Shown piece after piece: positions 8,654-18,398 of a stretch of 56,830 nucleotides of DNA. A model generated the notes under the pieces. That model ran no database searches. It was given only the letters and a program-made list of their open reading frames with translations, and was not told the origin of the DNA. Where the stretch lies: IMG/VR virus record IMGVR_UViG_3300025327_000035, positions 1 through 56,830 of that record. One strand, 5' to 3'. Position 1 is the stretch's first letter. Each line of letters starts with the position of its first letter. Origin of the DNA: a virus (taxonomy: Duplodnaviria > Caudoviricetes). A program made the translations under genes and the position numbers.

Positions 8654-11600
8654 GAACCGCACTGACCGCTGACGAATTGACCCTCCTCCGTTCCGAAATC
8701 CACGGGACACGGCTGTACCTGGGCGTCCACAAGCCGGCCTCGATTTTCACCGCGCGAGTCAACGGCGCAGTGGTCTATCCCCTATTTCAAATCCCGTTCG
8801 ATGGCGGCAGCCCGACCACCGGCGCGATCATCAAGAGCGGCATGACGCTGTGGATCGGCTCGGCTGCCGGCCTGCGCGACAAGGGAACTATGCGCGTGCG
8901 CGGCGACCAGAGCGCTGCCGCGACCGGCAACCTGGTCGTGTCCGAGCTAGGCCAGTATGCAATAGACATTGATGACAACGACTTTTTAACCGTCGTCGAG
9001 GACTATCGCATCGGCGCAAAGTTCCCGCGCTACAGCGGCGGGGCCTGGCTGATGGACTACGACATCGCCTGGACGGATACGGGCTTGGGCAATAATGTTA
9101 AGCCGAACCAGGAGTACGGACCCCTCGCCCGCCTCGGCCCGGCGGCAGTGGGCTTTCTCGAGTCGAGCCTCTGCCGCCTGCGCTACGTCGGCGAGCGCAG
9201 CGCAGCCTACAGCCCGGGCAACTCCATCGGGACCTACGCCTGGACGTTTCCCGGCACAGCCTCGCCCGCCACATCGGCGGCGCAAGGCACGAGCGCATCC
9301 CCCATCACAGTCGATTACTCTGCGGCGATTCCCGGTGGCCGGTATCACGGCCTGACCGTGACCGAAAATACGACCACTAAGACGCACGTAGGTCGACGTC
9401 TGACATTCATCTTCGAGCGCAGCGGGGCAAATGCGCCTTACGACGCCGAGGTCATCGGCGCGATCGGCGGCGGACCGGAGCAGGGCGGATACACGGTCAC
9501 CGTGCGCGTGATCAACACGACCGCCGATCAGGACGATTTCCCGGACGGTGCGCACGTCGTCCTGTTCGAGGAGGCGTTCTACGCCGATGACGCAGGCAGC
9601 GGCAACATTGACCGATATTTCTACATTGACGACCGCGTCGGGACGTTTACGGTATCTGAGACGGTCACGGGCGGCACGTCAGGCGCGACCGGCACGGTCA
9701 TCTCGGCCTCGACGACACTCATCAAGATTCGCACGACGAAGGCATTCCACACGCAGGAAATCATCACAGGCGGCACGTCCGGCGCCACAGCCCGGCTGCG
9801 CAGCCCGAGTGTGGGCGGAAACACTCCCTATCGGACTGAGATTGTGCTGGAAGGCTGGATCGTCGACGAGACGGTGCACAAGAATCCTACGACAGGAGAC
9901 ATCGAATTCGAGATCGTGACGGTCGATGGCGTAATGCGCGGGGAGGAATCGTACCCGGTCGCGCTGACCAATCGCTCGACGACGACGACGCTCATCTCCT
10001 GGGAGGACTTTTACCAAATGACGCTCGACCGGGTGCTGTTGCACTTCTGCAAGTGGCGCTCGACGATCGGCGATGTCGTGGACGTGACGCTGCACGGCGA
10101 TTTGGTCAGCAGCTCGCCGGCCGGCGCCGAGGTCGTCAAATACTGCGATATGGATCAGACCAACCTGTTCGACCAAATCCACTCCTGGTACGCACTCACG
10201 ATGCTCGGATGGGTGTCGAGCGATCTACAGTCGGGACTCTATGGCGAGTTGGATGCGCAGATAGACGACACGACCCGGGCCGGGATACCGACCGCCTGGA
10301 CGATCGCGGCCGGCGACCGGGCGGGTACGCTCGAAATCAGACGGCGCGCGCATCGCAAGTCCAACGCGCAGGCGACGCTGTACGGCGTGGACTATCGCAC
10401 GCCGCGAGGCAGCCGCTCGCCAGACGATCCGCATGACTACCAGGGCGGGCTGGAGGAGATCCCGGCCGGCATCGCGGCGCCCGATCAGGCGACGCTCAAC
10501 CTGTGGACCGGGAACCTGCGCGCCAGGCGGAACAACGTCTACCCCAGCGTCGATCACCGCTGGACGGGCTATTGGCGCATCGACGCCGTGCCGCAATCGT
10601 ACATCGTCGAATCACTTGGCGCATCTGACACGATACGCGGGTTCGTGTGGTCGAGCCTCAGGCTCATTCCGCGCGATCTGCGCCTGGAGTATCGCGCGGG
10701 CATGCTGTTGGCCTCCAGCGACTGTGAGGGGGAGACGCAGGGCATCGGCGGCGCGACGATTACCTTCCCGCCCGTATCCGATCCGCCGCCGGCCGTCTCG
10801 CCACCGCCCGAAGAGATCGGCAAGCCGCCGGGCTGGGTGGGCGACGCGAGCGAGATCGCATTCATCGCCCGGACGGCGGCCCCGTCGCCGGTGGATCACA
10901 TCTTCTGGAGCGGCGATTTTTTCAAAGGCGGGCAGCCAACCTACCTCGAGGTGACCAAGCCGGCCGCCGTGGCGCTGCACGCGCTCGACGTGTTCCGGGA
11001 CGGATCGTTTATGTTCGTAGCGGACACCACGAATGGCGACATCTGGCAGACGGCGGACATCGGCAGCGCTTCCCCGGCGTGGACGAAAATCATGGACAAA
11101 GACACGACTGCGGCCATGGGAGAGACCGTCACGAACCTTGGCCCGATGCGCGCCGTGGGATTGGCAGTCTACGTAGCCGTGCAAACGGCCACGAAATACG
11201 GCGTCGGGAAATGGGACGGCAGCGCCTGGACGTTCACTGAGGTGTTGCATTTCGAGAGCATGGATTTCGTCGAGCCGCCCTTCCCGTCTCACTACTTCGG
11301 CTATCTCACGACCCCCATCAAGCTGCGCGTGGCGAGTCTCGCCGGCACAGTCGTGGACACGTACAACAACGAGTCAGCTAACCATTCCGCCTGGAGGCGG
11401 CACGATGCGGCCAGCGGCGATGCGATCAAGCGCTTCGCGGAAAATGTCGGCGTGTGGACCGTGCGTAACATGATGACGGGAACGAACATCTTCACGACCG
11501 TCGATCCGGCGGGCAGCGTCCTGCGCGGCGCGTTGTATGGGGATCAACTCTGCTTCCCGGACGGCAACGGCGTGGCGCGCATCGCCGACGACGGCGCGAC

Positions 11601-11826
11601 GTTCGCCGCGCGCTCGACCTGGCAGGCGGGGACGATCCTGCCCGCGCAGGTTCGCGGGGGTGATACGCTGGTCTGGCTCGTGAAGCAGACGGCGGCCAAT
11701 AACGTATTCGCGCGCATCAGCGACGATGGATTCGTTACGGCGGGCACGGACATGACCGGCAATTTCTGGGCAGACTTGTACAGCGGCGAGTTCAACCTGG
11801 TCGACGTCAGGCTTATCTTCAGGTAG
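8650..11826 (+). CDS. Baseplate hub / tail tip protein with C-terminal putative beta-propeller
   Basis: 1058 aa; PKD-like YAWTFPG segment; duplicated ETVTGGTSGAT motif; Pro linker then a beta-rich domain. Confidence 0.6.
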   Translation: MRTALTADELTLLRSEIHGTRLYLGVHKPASIFTARVNGAVVYPLFQIPFDGGSPTTGAIIKSGMTLWIGSAAGLRDKGTMRVRGDQSAAATGNLVVSELGQYAIDIDDNDFLTVVEDYRIGAKFPRYSGGAWLMDYDIAWTDTGLGNNVKPNQEYGPLARLGPAAVGFLESSLCRLRYVGERSAAYSPGNSIGTYAWTFPGTASPATSAAQGTSASPITVDYSAAIPGGRYHGLTVTENTTTKTHVGRRLTFIFERSGANAPYDAEVIGAIGGGPEQGGYTVTVRVINTTADQDDFPDGAHVVLFEEAFYADDAGSGNIDRYFYIDDRVGTFTVSETVTGGTSGATGTVISASTTLIKIRTTKAFHTQEIITGGTSGATARLRSPSVGGNTPYRTEIVLEGWIVDETVHKNPTTGDIEFEIVTVDGVMRGEESYPVALTNRSTTTTLISWEDFYQMTLDRVLLHFCKWRSTIGDVVDVTLHGDLVSSSPAGAEVVKYCDMDQTNLFDQIHSWYALTMLGWVSSDLQSGLYGELDAQIDDTTRAGIPTAWTIAAGDRAGTLEIRRRAHRKSNAQATLYGVDYRTPRGSRSPDDPHDYQGGLEEIPAGIAAPDQATLNLWTGNLRARRNNVYPSVDHRWTGYWRIDAVPQSYIVESLGASDTIRGFVWSSLRLIPRDLRLEYRAGMLLASSDCEGETQGIGGATITFPPVSDPPPAVSPPPEEIGKPPGWVGDASEIAFIARTAAPSPVDHIFWSGDFFKGGQPTYLEVTKPAAVALHALDVFRDGSFMFVADTTNGDIWQTADIGSASPAWTKIMDKDTTAAMGETVTNLGPMRAVGLAVYVAVQTATKYGVGKWDGSAWTFTEVLHFESMDFVEPPFPSHYFGYLTTPIKLRVASLAGTVVDTYNNESANHSAWRRHDAASGDAIKRFAENVGVWTVRNMMTGTNIFTTVDPAGSVLRGALYGDQLCFPDGNGVARIADDGATFAARSTWQAGTILPAQVRGGDTLVWLVKQTAANNVFARISDDGFVTAGTDMTGNFWADLYSGEFNLVDVRLIFR

Positions 11827-11832
11827 AGCATT

Positions 11833-14487
11833 ATGCCATCACTCAAACGCCTTCAGCGCCAATTTCAAGGCATCCAGGATACCCGGCAGCCCGTGCGCCA
11901 GAAGTTCCACGCGCTGATCGGGCATCCCGACGGCACGACCATCGAAGACCCGGAGTCGCCGGGATTCGTGTTCGTGCGCATCGACGGCGACGGCGATCGC
12001 GTCCGGCATGCGCTGTGCCGCAGCGTCCTGCCGCTCTACAACCAGCCCGTCATCGTCGCCTATAGCGATGAGAGGCCCCGCACGCTGGAAGTCGTCGATC
12101 TGAACATCGCCGCGCTTCCGCCGGCAGCGGACGGCGGGCCGTCCTGGGACGGCTCAGCCAGCCTGGGCAAGCATGCATCGCAACATGCGCTGCTCGGCGG
12201 CGACACGATCTGGATCCAAACTAAGCAGGTTTTGCCGCTGCGAACGCGACCGGCCGATCCGGCCTCAATGCGCGTCTTCGTGGAGTCGGGCGCGTATCAA
12301 TACGGGTCGGGCTTCAACTACTGGCCGGGCGGATACACCAGCGACATGACGGCGCACATACCTGCCACCGCCGACACGCAGCTTTTCCGCGTGATCTACA
12401 TCGATGCTGCGACGAACGCGCTGGCCTACGTCAACTCAGCGGAGACGGCAGACGATCTCTACCTGGCAAATTACGAGGACGTGCTCGATCTGATCCCGAC
12501 CAACTGCGTACCCCTGTCGGCTATCCGGCTCGCCAACGGCATGACGACCATCGTCGAGGTGGACATCTACGATCTGCGCTCGTTCGTGTCATCTGCGCCG
12601 GGCACGGTGGCGGCCGGCGGCGGGTCGGGCGTGCTGTGGGCGAATATCATTATCGTCGCGATCTCCGGTGGGGATTACACGCAAGTTCAACTGGCGCTGA
12701 ACGCAGCCAGCGGCGGGATGGTCTGGGTTGCGCCGGGGAACTACTCCGAGAACCTGACGCTGAAAGCGGGCGTCATCCTCTCCGGCATGACGCCCTCCGG
12801 ATACCAGGGCATCGCCTACATCGATCCGGCGTCAGGCGTGCCGATCACCACGTCGGTTACGGGCATCAATGAAATAGAGTATCTGCGCGTGTTGCCCGTG
12901 GCTGGGCAGATCGGCATCTCGATGGTATCTGGCCCGACACGGCTCGTCGTGGACAGCTGCCGGATCGAGGCCAGCGGCGCGGCGGCGGTCGGCGCGACGG
13001 GGGCAGACGCGAGCGCCGACCTGACGATGATCCATTGCATCGTCGTCGGCGCAATCAACACGAAGGCCGCGACGACGCTGCGCGACTGCACGATCACCGG
13101 GGACGTCGTGCAGTCCGCCGGCGCGGGCAACCTGACCCTCGACGGCGGGAGCATCAGCGGCGCGCTGACGACCGTCGCGGGCAGCACGATCACGCTGCGC
13201 AATCTGCCACAAGTCTCTGGCGTAGTCAGCGGCGCGGGAACGATCGTCGGGGCCTATATCAATTCGAGCGGCCATATCGTGTTCACGAACGGTACAGCCC
13301 TGAGCGGATTCGCCAATCCGACGGGCTTGATCAGTATGTCCGCTGTCAACGGTGCAGCGACGACAGCGACGCGCTCGGACGCGACGCATGCCATCGATCC
13401 GGCTATCGCGCCGACGTGGACAGGGGAGCACACGCACAACGCAAGACTCTTCGTGGACGGCGCATCCACGAAGGGCATCCTCGTGGGGAGTGGTGTTCTG
13501 CTCTACGAAGGGTCGGACTTCGAGAACTGCTTAGCCGTACGCAGCATCGTCATGGCCGAGGAGTTGGGCGGATCGCCGGACGATGCCATTTTCTACGCGA
13601 AGATGGCCGACACTGGGGGCGGCGATGCAAAGGTGGTACTCGCCGTCATCGGTGGATCGGGATGGCAGTTTGGCCTCGATAATTCGGACGGCGACATTCT
13701 CAAGATTGCTCAAACGACGCCAGGCGATCAAGCCTGGACGAATACCCGGTTTTCAATGGCATTGACCGGAGCACTGACGCTGCCGGGGGCGGCTCTCAAC
13801 ATCGGCAGCGCGTCCGGCGCAGCTGCGGGTGAGGCGCGGGCGAGCGTCGGCTTCGCGGCGCGCGTGGACGGTAGTGGGGGAGGATTCTACGCAGGTGTAG
13901 CCAGCGATGTGCAGATATATCGTCATGCAGCGAACGTGTGGCGCACACCGGCCACATTTATCATAGATGAACAATTGGGCATTGGTAATGCAGGCACGTT
14001 CTCGTATTCGCCTCTAACCAGTGTGTATGGGGTACACATCGATGCCCCATCTGGAACTCCCCGTGCAATTGTGTTTGTGGACTCTAACGCGTCAACTGAC
14101 GCCGCTGTATTCGCGATGGGTCACGCAGGCGCAGTCATTTGGCATTTCCAGAAATCCGGTGCAGGGAATTTTACTATCACGGAAACGGGGGTCGCTGATA
14201 GACTATTCATCAGCGCCGCGGCGGGGAATGTGGGTATCAATACAGGCACATTCGGGACCTCGGCAGCGGGTGTCTTGGGTATTCTCAATGTCGCCACTGT
14301 TCCATCCACATCACCCGCTAATATGATCCAGATCTACAGCAAGGATTCACCAGATGGTTCTGCAAATGCAACGCTCGCCATCAGGACTGAACAGGCAGTT
14401 GCAGCCATTGGCACATTCACACCCAGTCACAAATTAAGAATTTGGATCAATGAGGTGGCTTACGATATACAACTCGACGCAGTATGA
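11833..14487 (+). CDS. Tail fibre / spike with a beta-helix-like segment
   Basis: GDYTQVQLALNAA...VWVAPGNYSENLTLK (start of a pectin-lyase-like helix); Gly/Ala/Thr-rich; GNVGINT motif. Confidence 0.7.
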   Translation: MPSLKRLQRQFQGIQDTRQPVRQKFHALIGHPDGTTIEDPESPGFVFVRIDGDGDRVRHALCRSVLPLYNQPVIVAYSDERPRTLEVVDLNIAALPPAADGGPSWDGSASLGKHASQHALLGGDTIWIQTKQVLPLRTRPADPASMRVFVESGAYQYGSGFNYWPGGYTSDMTAHIPATADTQLFRVIYIDAATNALAYVNSAETADDLYLANYEDVLDLIPTNCVPLSAIRLANGMTTIVEVDIYDLRSFVSSAPGTVAAGGGSGVLWANIIIVAISGGDYTQVQLALNAASGGMVWVAPGNYSENLTLKAGVILSGMTPSGYQGIAYIDPASGVPITTSVTGINEIEYLRVLPVAGQIGISMVSGPTRLVVDSCRIEASGAAAVGATGADASADLTMIHCIVVGAINTKAATTLRDCTITGDVVQSAGAGNLTLDGGSISGALTTVAGSTITLRNLPQVSGVVSGAGTIVGAYINSSGHIVFTNGTALSGFANPTGLISMSAVNGAATTATRSDATHAIDPAIAPTWTGEHTHNARLFVDGASTKGILVGSGVLLYEGSDFENCLAVRSIVMAEELGGSPDDAIFYAKMADTGGGDAKVVLAVIGGSGWQFGLDNSDGDILKIAQTTPGDQAWTNTRFSMALTGALTLPGAALNIGSASGAAAGEARASVGFAARVDGSGGGFYAGVASDVQIYRHAANVWRTPATFIIDEQLGIGNAGTFSYSPLTSVYGVHIDAPSGTPRAIVFVDSNASTDAAVFAMGHAGAVIWHFQKSGAGNFTITETGVADRLFISAAAGNVGINTGTFGTSAAGVLGILNVATVPSTSPANMIQIYSKDSPDGSANATLAIRTEQAVAAIGTFTPSHKLRIWINEVAYDIQLDAV

Positions 14488-14545
14488 TTCTCGTCACGTA
14501 CACGCGTGCGCTCAGCCGCCGCCCGACATCGAATAGGAGGATCAA

Positions 14546-14971
14546 ATGAAAGTCCGTCTAGGAGACGTGGTCGATTCGCAACCCGCCATTGAGCAGGTCA
14601 TGGCGCTTAAGCTCTCACCGAAGGTGGGTTATCGCATCGGCAAGGCGTGCCGCCGCATCCAGCGCGAAACCGAAGAGTGGCAGCGGATCAGGCAGCCGCT
14701 TCTGGAAGAGTACGGCGTTCAGGATGCGGCGCGTCCGGGCTGGTTCAGCGTCGCGCCTGAAAACCTGGAGAGGTTCAACGCGGCGATGCGCGAGCTGAAC
14801 GACGTGGAGGTGGAGCTGGAAGGCGTCGAGCCGATACCCGTCGAGGCGCTGGGAGATATCGTAGTGCCCGTCGCCGCCATGACGCTGTTAGACTGGCTGT
14901 TCACGGAAGACGGACTCGCGCAGAAACCCGATAGGGCAGATGACAAGACAGTGGCGGATAGGGCCAGCTAG
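14546..14971 (+). CDS. Small helical protein following the tail fibre (DUF1617-like?)
   Basis: AGGAGG RBS; LKLSPKVGYRI...LLEEYG...ELNDVEVEL pattern. Confidence 0.5.
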   Translation: MKVRLGDVVDSQPAIEQVMALKLSPKVGYRIGKACRRIQRETEEWQRIRQPLLEEYGVQDAARPGWFSVAPENLERFNAAMRELNDVEVELEGVEPIPVEALGDIVVPVAAMTLLDWLFTEDGLAQKPDRADDKTVADRAS

Positions 14972-15821
14972 AACACGAGCGGTTCTGGCTGTAGGGATTT
15001 CGATCGCGATTGGAGCAATCGCGATCGGACTGTCGCCCACGATGCCTTACATGATTGACTGGAGCGAGGTATTCCGCCCAGCGGCGTGGGCCATGCTGAA
15101 CGGCCAATCGCCCTACCTCGTCGAGGGCTACATGAATCCGCCGTGGGCCGCGCTGATGCTCGCACCGATTGCTGTTCTGCCGGAGGCGATTGGACGCACG
15201 GCTTTCGCAATCGTGTCACTCGTGGCTTGGCTATGGATTGGCTATCGCCTGTACGCAGACAGGCGGGCGCTGGTGCTGTCACTCTTCTCGCCGATGCTCA
15301 TCAACGGGCTTTTCTACGGCAACATCGATTGGCTGGCCGCGCTGGGCTTCGTGATGCCGCCGCCGGCGGGGTTGCTGTTCGCGGCGATCAAGCCGCAGAT
15401 CGGGGCAGGCTACCTGGTGTGGTGCGCAATCGAGGCGTGGCGCATCGGGCGATGGCGGACGGTCGCGGCCTGGTTCGGGCCGTTGCTCGTCGCGCTGGGC
15501 GTGAGCGTCGCAATCTACGGCGCATGGCCGGCGACCTGGGTATATGCGATGGAACAGGATCAAAGCTCCGTGGACTTGATCGGCGCGACCCGGATGCCTC
15601 TCTGGCCGTATCTGCTGCCCGTTGGCCTGACGATGATCGCACAGGCCATCCGGTCGCGCGAATCGCGCTGGGCGATGGCGGCCGGCCTGTGTCTATCGCC
15701 GCACGTGGTGAGCTATAGTCTACAGGCGCCGCTGATGCTCCTGACGCGCTCTTTCGCGCTCACACTGGCCGCCGTCGCCGGGAGCTGGCTGGCGGTCATC
15801 ATTCTGGTTTTGTCCAGGTAG
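14940..15821 (+). CDS. Polytopic membrane glycosyltransferase, GT87/DUF2029-like
   Basis: DW..F....W..LNGQSPY...YMNPPW, GNID and IKPQ motifs; about 8 hydrophobic segments. Confidence 0.7.
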   Translation: MTRQWRIGPARTRAVLAVGISIAIGAIAIGLSPTMPYMIDWSEVFRPAAWAMLNGQSPYLVEGYMNPPWAALMLAPIAVLPEAIGRTAFAIVSLVAWLWIGYRLYADRRALVLSLFSPMLINGLFYGNIDWLAALGFVMPPPAGLLFAAIKPQIGAGYLVWCAIEAWRIGRWRTVAAWFGPLLVALGVSVAIYGAWPATWVYAMEQDQSSVDLIGATRMPLWPYLLPVGLTMIAQAIRSRESRWAMAAGLCLSPHVVSYSLQAPLMLLTRSFALTLAAVAGSWLAVIILVLSR

Positions 15822-15832
15822 GAGGAGAGGAG

Positions 15833-16138
15833 ATGTTCGTCGTGTTCTACGATCCACTGCGGTTGCTGAGCCGGTATGCGATCGTGGCCTGGTTCGAGCA
15901 GAGGTTCGGCAGAATCCCGCAGAGGATGTATGCGCCGGGCGACTTCGGACTGGCTTGGGCCTGGTGGCACGTGGGGTTCGTGACACCGGCTGAGGGCGAG
16001 ATGCTGCCGAGGCTCCCTACCCCGCCGGGCGAGAATCCATATCGGGACCCGGCGAACGATGTGGATTCACCTCTGTTTCGGGAGATACTTAGATTTTCGC
16101 CGAAGACAACATTCTTGCCAGTGGTGCTAAGGGGATGA
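15833..16138 (+). CDS. Hypothetical protein ending in TTFLPVVLRG
   Basis: Strong GGAGGAGAGGAG RBS; C-terminal motif resembles the Chloroflexota [FY]LPxxxR surface-protein tail. Confidence 0.6.
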   Translation: MFVVFYDPLRLLSRYAIVAWFEQRFGRIPQRMYAPGDFGLAWAWWHVGFVTPAEGEMLPRLPTPPGENPYRDPANDVDSPLFREILRFSPKTTFLPVVLRG

Positions 16139-16481
16139 AGCATCGAGGCGCAGAAAACGAACCGGCCACGGGATCGCTATGCGTTGCCTGCGCCGATGAG
16201 AGCGATCGCGTGGTCCGGGTGCTCGGGTTGTCAGGTCCGCCGACAGAACAATTGTGCCACATGTGGCGGATTGTGTCAATGTGACAAATTGTGTCACTCA
16301 TCTGTAACGCGGTTTTTACGCATTTCTCACGATTTGGTAGTCTCTTTTCTAACCACTTCGCGGTATCTCATTGCAGGTAGCAACGGATGCCCCGGCCGGC
16401 TAACTCGAAGGCGCAAGTCCCCCTCGCCTGCCCCCATCGGCCGGGGCGTCCGGTTTGCGGAAACTATAACCAATTTCTTAC

Positions 16482-16509
16482 TTGCAATTCCGAAAAGTGG
16501 GGCTATAAT
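16482..16509 (+). promoter_or_regulatory. Sigma70-type early promoter
   Basis: TTGCAA-N16-TATAAT in an AT-rich intergenic region. Confidence 0.65.
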
Positions 16510-16550
16510 AATGGCGTAGTTGTACTTAAGTGTCACATCCGGTCGCGCAA

Positions 16551-16597
16551 CCTCCGCCAGAGCCTAACGCGAGCGGACCCTAATCAACCGAGAGCGC
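16551..16597 (+). promoter_or_regulatory. Early leader motif, copy 1
   Basis: CCTCCGCCAGAGCC-N12-ACCCTAATCAACCGAGAGCGC, near-identical to 23038-23087. Confidence 0.6.
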
Positions 16598-16646
16598 AGG
16601 ACTCCCCCACTCCATTCGTCCTCGCGCCCTCGCCCAGGAGGGTGCA

Positions 16647-17018
16647 GTGTCACAAACTATTGTTTCCATGTCAGCGCGAGCTGGCAAGTCTCCGCGACCC
16701 TGTCGTACCCCGGGCTGCAAGAATCTTGTTGTACCTCCCAAGCGCTTGTGTTCAGGCTGTCTCCGCAAGCATCGCAACGCCGCCGCGCGCGCGCGCAATG
16801 GCCGCAGTTTCGGATGGGGCGCGGCGCGTGTGCTGTCCTCGTCTGTGCTGCGCGCGTCGAGTGCCATCAGCGTGAATACGGATTTCTATCGAGATCGGCA
16901 GAAACGTGGCCCGAACGGCGAATGCCCGTTCTGTGGCCTCGTCAACTGTGCCTGCGCGTCGGAGTCCGAGATCCGGCGCGCGCGCCTGCCGGAGGTGGAC
17001 AGTGGCGACACAGACTGA
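16647..17018 (+). CDS. Cys-rich (zinc-binding) early protein
   Basis: AGGAGG RBS; CRTPGC...CSGC and CPFCG...CAC. Confidence 0.55.
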   Translation: MSQTIVSMSARAGKSPRPCRTPGCKNLVVPPKRLCSGCLRKHRNAAARARNGRSFGWGAARVLSSSVLRASSAISVNTDFYRDRQKRGPNGECPFCGLVNCACASESEIRRARLPEVDSGDTD

Positions 17019-17178
17019 GGAACTGGCCGCGCTGAAAGAGTGCATCGCCGCATGGCATCAGGATCGCGCCGGGTGGCTTGCCCGGCACGGCGATGAGCCT
17101 TACCCGCACATGCTCACCATCCTCGACCTGGAGGATGCGCGCGACATGCTCTGCGTGGGGGTGGATGATGGCAGATGA
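17002..17178 (+). CDS. Small hypothetical protein
   Basis: GGAGG RBS before GTG 17002; overlapping operon. Confidence 0.4.
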   Translation: MATQTEELAALKECIAAWHQDRAGWLARHGDEPYPHMLTILDLEDARDMLCVGVDDGR

Positions 17179-17377
17179 ATTTCGCGCTTTCGAGCAAAAA
17201 AACTCAACGCGCTATGTCGTCCATCTATTCAGCGGCCCGGAGCATTTCAAGACCTGGTGCCAGGCGCATTGGCCACAGCACATGGTCGCCGCCAGCGCCG
17301 TTCGCGGCGTATGCGAGCGCTATCCGGTAGACCATCGCTTCGAGAATGAGCAAGAAATCATGGAGGTGCAGACGTGA
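17168..17377 (+). CDS. Small hypothetical protein
   Basis: Overlapping start/stop arrangement. Confidence 0.45.
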   Translation: MADEFRAFEQKNSTRYVVHLFSGPEHFKTWCQAHWPQHMVAASAVRGVCERYPVDHRFENEQEIMEVQT

Positions 17378-18132
17378 ACGACGAAAAGGCGATGGTTCAG
17401 CTTCAGGCCGCCACGGTCGCGGCGCTTCATCGCATCGCGACCGCGCTCGAGGCCATCGCGCTGAGTAAAGCGCCCGCCCCGAATTTCGTGAGGCCTCTCG
17501 GCGAATACGCTGAATTCGATTTTGATTCGATCGGCGCGAAAGTCGCCGCACGCGATCGGCACGGACCGACCACGCTGGAGTGGGGCGGCTATCAATGGAC
17601 GCGCCGTTCGCCGTCCAACAAGTTCGGATCGGCCATCTGGTTCTCGCGCCCGATTGGCAAGGCCGAGGATGGCAGTGTGCGCTATGCGCGCCTGATCACG
17701 TTCCGCGAGCCGAGCGAGGCTGAGCCTCTGCCTGAGAAGGTGGCCGAGAAAGTGAGAAACGGCGAATCGGCTGGCATCGGCAGGCAAGCTGCGACTCCCG
17801 GGCCCGAGCAGACACATCCAGCCGAAGAGACACAGGCTCACGCGCCGATCAACGCCGATGTGGCCCAAGCGAAGGCCAAGCTGCAGACCACGCCGGCCGC
17901 AAGCGATAACCGCAAGCTTGCGCGTATCATATCTGGTGCCTGGTTCGAGCGCGCGAAGAAGCTCGCGGCCCGGGTCTCATATTATCAGAAAGATGGCCAA
18001 CCCGACCTGTACCACCTGGCCGGCTCTGCATTGAAATGCGGATACCCGGAAATCACGGACGACAATCTTGCGGATGTGCTGCGCGCTCTGGAGCAGCACG
18101 CAATCGAGCAAACGGTCGAAGTGCCGGCATGA
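17374..18132 (+). CDS. DdrB-like single-stranded DNA binding/annealing protein
   Basis: FDFDSIGA...WGGYQWTRRS...AIWFSR...YARLITFR resembles the DdrB-family core. Confidence 0.6.
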   Translation: MNDEKAMVQLQAATVAALHRIATALEAIALSKAPAPNFVRPLGEYAEFDFDSIGAKVAARDRHGPTTLEWGGYQWTRRSPSNKFGSAIWFSRPIGKAEDGSVRYARLITFREPSEAEPLPEKVAEKVRNGESAGIGRQAATPGPEQTHPAEETQAHAPINADVAQAKAKLQTTPAASDNRKLARIISGAWFERAKKLAARVSYYQKDGQPDLYHLAGSALKCGYPEITDDNLADVLRALEQHAIEQTVEVPA

Positions 18133-18386
18133 GCTACCGGATCGCAGAAGAAACCCTGGCGGGTTACCTATCGCACATCTTCGAGTCGTGCGACGAATTC
18201 CAGAAGTGGGCAAAGACTCACCCTGGGCACGGGGAGATTGTGAGCCGGGCGCTCGCGGGAATGTCCGGTAGGCCAATGGCGGGGACGATCGACCATCGCG
18301 CCGACAAGCCCCCGATTGACCCTGTCGGGGGCCAGTGCCAGGAGGCAGAGGCGCCGGCGCCGGTGGAGAATGAAAGACTTTTCTGA
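18129..18386 (+). CDS. Hypothetical protein
   Basis: ATGA overlap with the upstream stop. Confidence 0.5.
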   Translation: MSYRIAEETLAGYLSHIFESCDEFQKWAKTHPGHGEIVSRALAGMSGRPMAGTIDHRADKPPIDPVGGQCQEAEAPAPVENERLF

Positions 18387-18398
18387 AAGGAGAAAACC

